Source of the DNA: Macrostomum hystrix
Taxonomy: Eukaryota; Animalia; Platyhelminthes
NCBI GenBank assembly: GCA_950097015.1
Contig: CATNEN010000007.1
Location: 10,106,001 to 10,170,000, forward strand
Length of the DNA stretch: 64,000 nucleotides
Direction of reading: 5' to 3'
Positions 57,641-64,000 of this stretch are shown in pieces; position 1 is the first letter of the stretch, and every line of letters starts with the position of its first letter. The notes beneath the pieces were generated by a model. The model was given only the letters and a program-made list of their open reading frames with translations. It made no database searches and was not told the origin of the DNA. The position numbers and the translations under genes are program-made.

Positions 57641-58324
57641 CTGAATTAGCTTCTTCGGGAACCACAAAAAATCAACAAGTATCTCATTAACTCGTTTCCT
57701 CTCGTAAGGCAAAAGAAAAACAAATTAGCTTTGAAAATTGAAATAGATCAATCGGCCCACAATCTCCGCCCATTCGATTGTTCATCGATGGTCATTAAAC
57801 ATTCGTGCCCCAGCGGCTGTTTTGTCCCTACAAAGCGAATTGGTTCGGCCGTCACCAGCCGCGCTCGCAGGCCAAGCGGAATGGCAAACAGAGGATAACA
57901 AAAGCCCCCCCATTCCCTAATTAGAGGCCAACTGGGAGCCGCCTCTCGTCATGATCTAAAAGCAGATTTTTCAAAACTCATCCCATCGAAGCTTCAGGCC
58001 ACCGCCATCAGCACGCAAACCTCAGTTGGGCCTGCAGAGCGGGCACGGAAGGCCGGAGACACAGCCTTGAATTTTCCTCCGAGTGTCTCAGATTCATTCT
58101 TTGGCTCGTCAATCGACTTCTTTTTGGTCTGCGGGTCCGGCCAGTTGGATTCAACAAGAGCTTCGCATTCACAGGCGGTCATGCGCAGCTCCCAGCTCCT
58201 TGGTGCCGCAGTCCAAATAAAAAAGCAATTTAACCCGAGCACTGCGCGTCACACACAACTGCTTCTGCAGACTTCTTGCCTGCTTTCTTCAGATGGGCGA
58301 CTGGAAGGATTCGGCCTGGATTGG

Positions 58325-59730
58325 ATAGTAGAGTGGTGGGATTTGAGAGTAGACTGATGGGATTTGAGAGCAGACTGATGGGATTTAAGAGCAGACTGAT
58401 GGGATTTTAGAGTAGAGTGATGGGATTTGAGAGTAGACTGACGGGATTTGAGAGCAGACTGATGGGATTTAAGAGCAGACTGATGGGATTTAAGAGTAGA
58501 GTGATGGGATTTGAGAGTAGACTGATGGGATTTGAGAGCAGACTGATGGGATTTAAGAGCAGACTGATGGGATTTTAGAGTAGAGTGATGGGATTTGAGA
58601 GTAGACTGACGGGACTTAAGAGCAGAATGATGGGATTTAAGAGCAGACTGATGGGATTTTAGAGTAGAGTGGTGGGATTTGAGAGTAGACTGATGGGATT
58701 TGAGAGCAGACTGACGGGATTTAAGAGCAGACTGATGGGATTTTAGAGTAGAGTGATGGGATTTGAGAGTAGAGTGATAAGATTTGAGAGTAGACTGATG
58801 GGATTTGAGACTTGAGTGATGGGATTTGAGAGTATAGTGATAAGATTTGAGAGTGAGCGATGGGATTTCAAAGTAGAGTGATCGGATTAGAGATTAGAGT
58901 GATGGGATTTGAGAGTAGAGTGATGGGATTTGAGAGTAGAGTGATAAGATTTGAGAGTGAGCGATGGGATTTCAAAGTAGAGTGATCGGATTAGAGATTA
59001 GAGTGATGGGATTTGAGAGTAGAGTGATGGGATTTGAGAGTAGAGTGATCGGATTAGAGATTAGAGTGATGGGATTTGAGAGTAGACTGATGGGATTTGA
59101 GAGCAGACTGACGGGATTTAAGAGCAGACTGATGGGATTTTAGAGTAGAGTGGTGGGATTTGAGAGTAGACTGATGGGATTTGAGAGCAGACTGACGGGA
59201 TTTAGGAGCAGACTGATGGGATTTTAGAGTAGAGTGATGGGATTTGAGAGTAGAGTGATAAGATTTGAGAGTAGACTGATGGGATTTGAGACTTGAGTGA
59301 TGGGATTTGAGAGTATAGTGATAAGATTTGAGAGTGAGCGATGGGATTTCAAAGTAGAGTGATCGGATTAGAGATTAGAGTGATGGGATTTGAGAGTAGA
59401 GTGATGGGATTTGAGAGTAGAGTGATAAGATTTGAGAGTGAGCGATGGGATTTCAAAGTAGAGTGATCGGATTAGAGATTAGAGTGATGGGATTTGAGAG
59501 TAGAGTGATGGGATTTGAGAGTAGAGTGATCGGATTAGAGATTAGAGTGATGGGATTTGAGAGTAGAGTGATGGGATTTGAGAGTAGAGTGATGGGATTT
59601 GAGAGTAGAGTGACGGGATTTGAGAGTAGAGTGATGGGATTTGAGAGTAGAGTGATGGGATTTGAGACTTGAGTGATAGGATTTGAGAGTAGAGTGATGG
59701 GATTTGAGAGTAGAGTGGTGGGATTTGAGA
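58325..59730. repeat. 21-bp minisatellite (GAGTGATGGGATTTGAGAGTA)n
   Basis: About 1.4 kb. Confidence 0.95.
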
Positions 59731-61681
59731 GTTGACGGCACCTCAGCATTGCAGACTGTGTGCTCAGCTAAAGCATCTTTAACTTCACCCTGATTGCTAG
59801 GTTGGCCATCATATCGCATCTCAGACTCAGTTGGTTGAATCCAATCGCAGCAGCAGCAGCAGCAGCAGCAGTCATCCAGTTGATTCTCCTCCGCCGGAAG
59901 AAACTTGAACCCTCGCCACTCCGGCCTCAATCTCTCCGGCCCGCTCGATCGAGTTACTCCCCCGCCGATGGAATCAATCAGCAGCGCTGAGCAGGGACTG
60001 AGCAGGGACTGAGCAGTGACTGTCATTCGAGTCTCAGGGTGGGGGGGAAGTTTTGTTGCGCGCTCGAGATGTCAGCTTTCGCTCCCATTGCTGAGGATTT
60101 TTCCTTGGGGAAAAATTGCTCGAGCCACTTTATTTTTTGACACCCCAGCTGCAATCTAGCGGCGCAGCCACCCCCGCCAGGCCAAGTGAGATGTTTCTGA
60201 GCTGCCACACCCGAGCCAGCACGGGCCGCGTTTTAGAATTGCAAAACAAAACTGCTCAGCTTTGTTTGAGATCCCCGGGCTGCGGTGCTCGCGCATTCTT
60301 ATAGCTTCAGATTTGACAGACGGGTGTGAAACTAAATTTAACAACGCTGCGAGACAATGCAACAGGCAGCGCTTTGAGCGCGCGGATGATCGGCGCTGCA
60401 AGCAAAAACTAAATTTGATTTTCATGGTGCTTTGCGGGCCCCGCATCTCGGCAGCAGCAGCAGCACCAACGGCGGCGGTGGCGGCAGTCGGCTCATTTGT
60501 CAATAGCATCGGGTCGACACTTAACAAGCTTGCTGCTCCTAAAAGACTGAGAGACAGAGACATTGAAAAAATCTGAAAGGTGAAAAAAAGCAGAAATTTT
60601 TCGCGACTATATTTCTGTACTGGCAGCGCCACCGAACCGTGTCCGCGATCCCGCCCACCCCAGCCTCCGCCCGTCTCACCTGCCGCAGCCTCCACCACTT
60701 GTAGTTTTGATTGTTTTAATTTAACAAACATTGCCCCCCTCATAGATGTGATGCTTCTTTGTCTGTCACCTGATCTGCTCAGTCATTTTAGGCCCCCGAG
60801 TGATCAGGGAGTCGACTGCTCAGAGTCAGCTTTGCAAACTCAGCAATCAACATTCAATTGGCTGGTATCACCTGGGTGGGGCTTGCGCCCGCAAGTCATT
60901 TCGTGGAGTGGGGAGGCATTTATTATGCGATTTTGTTCCCCTGAAGAAGAGCCCGTTGAGTCCTCGTCATCCCGGCCGCACCCCCCAGCCCCCCGGAACT
61001 CATGGAGCCAAAACTCGGCACGGAGGGCCGGGGCCGGCCCGCCATTGGTTGTCGGGCGGGAGGGCGGTGGGGCGGGTGTGAGTAGGGTCTACAAGGAGGT
61101 GTCTCAGGCGACCAAAACTCGTTCGTGCGCAGCTCCATTCAACAAGTAAAGTAAGCAGCCCGACTGCACCGGCGACTCGTCAAGAGCGGCAACAGCAGCG
61201 GCAGCAGCAGCAGCAACTCAAAAGTTTCCTTTTGCGCCACAGTTTTCACTTGTTCTCAAGCTCCGCTCTCACTTATTCACTCCGGCCCTCGCGCTCGCTC
61301 TCGGCTTCTTCAGGCAAGGTGAGTGCTTCCTCATTAGCTGGCCGTGTTGCGTGAGACTCTTTGATCCCCAGCTGCTGCTGCTGCTGATGGGCGGGGCTCC
61401 CAGCGGGCCCAGAAACTTGGAGCCGGCGAAGGCGGAGTTTGGAGAGGGTTGAGGCTGGGAAGAGAGTTTCAAGCCAGCAGAAGAAGCAGAGGATCAGCGG
61501 GGATCTTTGGCTTGTACAGGGGAGAATATTACTGGGATCAAATTACCCCCCCAAGAAAGGAAAAAACTCACAAGCATGTCTGGGAGCGCGGCGGAGTTTG
61601 TTGAGGGGGGCTGGCGAAACAACTTTGCCAACCCGTGCCAAGGATAAACTTTTCCACTCCAGCGATGTCTCTAACCCTGAG

Positions 61682-61713
<32 letters not shown>

Positions 61714-62359
61714 GTGCCTCCCATTTGTTGTCACCTCGTTCTTGCCCTCTCCGACTCTTCATTTTCTTACTGCAGGTCCCGCCTCCTCCCCTTATCCCAT
61801 TTCCCTATGCTTGCAGCTCCCAGCTGGCACTGGGAACATTGCTGAGTGCTCCCTGCTCATCGGGCATTATTACCTGTTCGAAATCTTGTTACGATCCGAG
61901 CGCCTGGCCAGCGAAATGTAGTGGAGAGGACAACTTGGCCTCTTATTCCCTTCTGCCCCATCAATATCTGCCCCCCCCAACCCCCAGGCCTGACAGAGTT
62001 GGGGCGGACTTCAAACTTTTCCCTGTCACGGCCTCTCTAAGAAGGAAATGAAACAGGGAGAAAGGAGGAGCTAGTCTGGGCTGGGGATCTCAAGGTAAGA
62101 TGAAGAATTCGGGAAAGCGTCTTCGAATCTTCGAAGCGGAAGCCGGGGAGGGAAGCGCAGTTTCCGCCGGGTGAGTAGATGGGGAGATGAGGCTGAGAAG
62201 CCCTGGCCGGATAGGGGCGGCTGGAGGAGGCATGAGCAGATTTCGTGCAGTGCCACCGCTCATAAATCAGTTGCCGCTGAAGTTGAGCTCTTCTAATCCG
62301 CCTTTTCCCGTTTTCAACTTATCCACCGCCTGCTCGTTGCCTTCTGCTGCAGAACAAGC

Positions 62360-62654
62360 ATGCTGGAGGCCGAAGATACAACGCAGCGGGCTTCGCCACC
62401 GGGCCCGCTAACCGAAGCCGCTGCACCTGTTGACGAAGGTGCGGAAGCGACCGCTGATCAGCTAGACGAAGCTGCGCTCGGCGACGCAGCCAAGACGGTG
62501 GCTGGGGCGTCCGAGTCGCCAACCGACAGCATGGAGCCGACTTGTCAAAGTGTGTCGGCGTTACCGACGCTGCCGACGCTGCCGCTGACCGAGGCGAAGT
62601 CGGCCTCGAAGTGCGGCGGCACCCGGCCAAGCTCACGGGGATCCGCAGACGACG
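62360..62654 (+). CDS. Probable first coding exon of an unidentified gene continuing beyond the window
   Basis: CTGCAG acceptor at 62352, ATG at 62360, 98 codons of GC-rich Ala/Ser/Pro/Glu-rich sequence like the other exons, and a strong donor G|GTGAGT at 62655 followed by a minisatellite intron. No recognisable domain. Confidence 0.5.
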
Positions 62655-63365
62655 GTGAGTGTCTGTGAATAGCTGTGAGTGTGTCTGTGAATGGCTGTGA
62701 GTGTGTCTGTGAATGGCTGTGAGTGTGTCTGTGAATGGCTGTGAGTGTGTCTGTGAATGGCTGTGAGTGTGTCTGTGAATAGCTGTGAGTGTGTCTGTGA
62801 ATAGCTGTGAGTGTGTCTGTGAATGGAGGCGAGTGTTTCTGTGAATGGAGGCGAGTGTGTCTGTGAATGGAGGCGAGTGTGTCTGTGAATGGAGGCGAGT
62901 GTGTCTGTGAATGGAGGCGAGTGTGTCTGTGAATGGAGGCGAGTGTGTCTGTGAATGGAGGCGAGTGTGTCTGTGAATGGAGGCGAGTGTGTCTGTGAAT
63001 GGAGGCGAGTGTGTCTGTGAATGGAGGCGAGTGAGTCTGTGAATGGAGGCGAGTGTGTCTGTGAATGGAGGCGAGTGTGTCTGTGAATGGAGGCGAGTGT
63101 GTCTGTGAATGGAGGCGAGTGAGTCTGTGAATGGAGGCGAGTGTGTCTGTGAATGGAGGCGAGTGTGTCTGTGAATGGAGGCGAGTGTGTCTGTGAATGG
63201 AGGCGAGTGTGTCTGTGAATGGAGGCGAGTGAGTCTGTGAATGGAGGCGAGTGTGTCTGTGAATGGAGGCGAGTGAGTCTGTGAATGGAGGCGAGTGTGT
63301 CTGTGAATGGAGGCGAGTGTGTCTGTGAATGGAGGCGAGTGAGTCTGTGAATGGAGGCGAGTGTG
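62655..63365. repeat. 22-bp minisatellite (GAGTGTGTCTGTGAAT[GGAGGC/GGCTGT])n
   Basis: About 32 copies beginning at the splice donor. Confidence 0.95.
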
Positions 63366-64000
63366 TGTCTGGTGCATGGTGCCTGAAGAAATAATTGTAC
63401 ACACTGCAGTGGTATTTCAGTGTTCTATCAAGGTGACTCTCTGGCTCATGCCTTGCCTGCAGGCATTTTAATTTTGTAAAAAAATCTCACCTAGAAGTTT
63501 TAATTAGTTAGCATTTGTGTATTTCTAATTGTCTGACTAACTATTCCTTTAAATAGATAATGATGAAATAGTTATAATATCTGTTTATTTCTCTTATGCG
63601 CAGTTGACTGGCCTGAGCTCTGTTGTAGGTCCAGCCCCCACCAAAAATTAAAGAATTAAAAAACTGAGCAAAAAAGTAAAATTAATTTCACACTGATCCG
63701 AGAAAATTAGCAGACTCAGCAGCAGAAGCAGCAGCAGCAGCTATAGGGTGAAGAGAGAGACAGCAACTTAAGTAATTTACGAAGCCAGTTGACAGCAGAG
63801 ATTGTGAAAGCAGGTTCTGCTGCAGGCAGCACAAGTTGTGCAGCTCCAGTTATTTCCTGCAAATTGCGCACCTAGGCTCAGCTGCTCGGAGCTGACCGAA
63901 GGCTGGGGACAGCCGCATAGGTGGGGGGCCCCCGGAGACAGGCCAGTCTGCTGAACTATATTTTCTGAAAGCAACTTGGAAGACTCGAAACTGCGTATCC

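Overview
Eukaryotic (animal) genomic DNA, not prokaryotic: GC-rich exons with canonical GT-AG introns, and introns or intergenic spacers often filled with long minisatellites. This style suggests a free-living flatworm such as Macrostomum; that assignment is an inference. Eight gene models could be spliced by hand with consistent intron phases: importin-7/8-like (+), IFT57 (-), an ankyrin-repeat/cGAS-like (Mab-21 nucleotidyltransferase) fusion (-), and five co-oriented + strand genes (RMDN/PTPIP51-like, LITAF, SPG7/paraplegin-like, NUDT7-like, ANKRD27/VARP). Also present are an intronic tRNA-Leu(CAG), three copies of a tRNA-derived SINE, a mariner fossil, fold-back elements, more than 20 distinct minisatellites and a probable first exon of another gene near 62.4 kb. 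The three most notable observations: (1) three separate ORF-track ORFs splice into one ankyrin-cGLR immune-receptor-like gene with an intact catalytic motif; (2) two genes lack a usable start codon and begin in phase 0 directly after an AG acceptor, as expected if a spliced-leader 3' AUG supplies the initiator Met; (3) the paraplegin homolog keeps its ATPase motifs but has lost the HEXXH zinc ligands.
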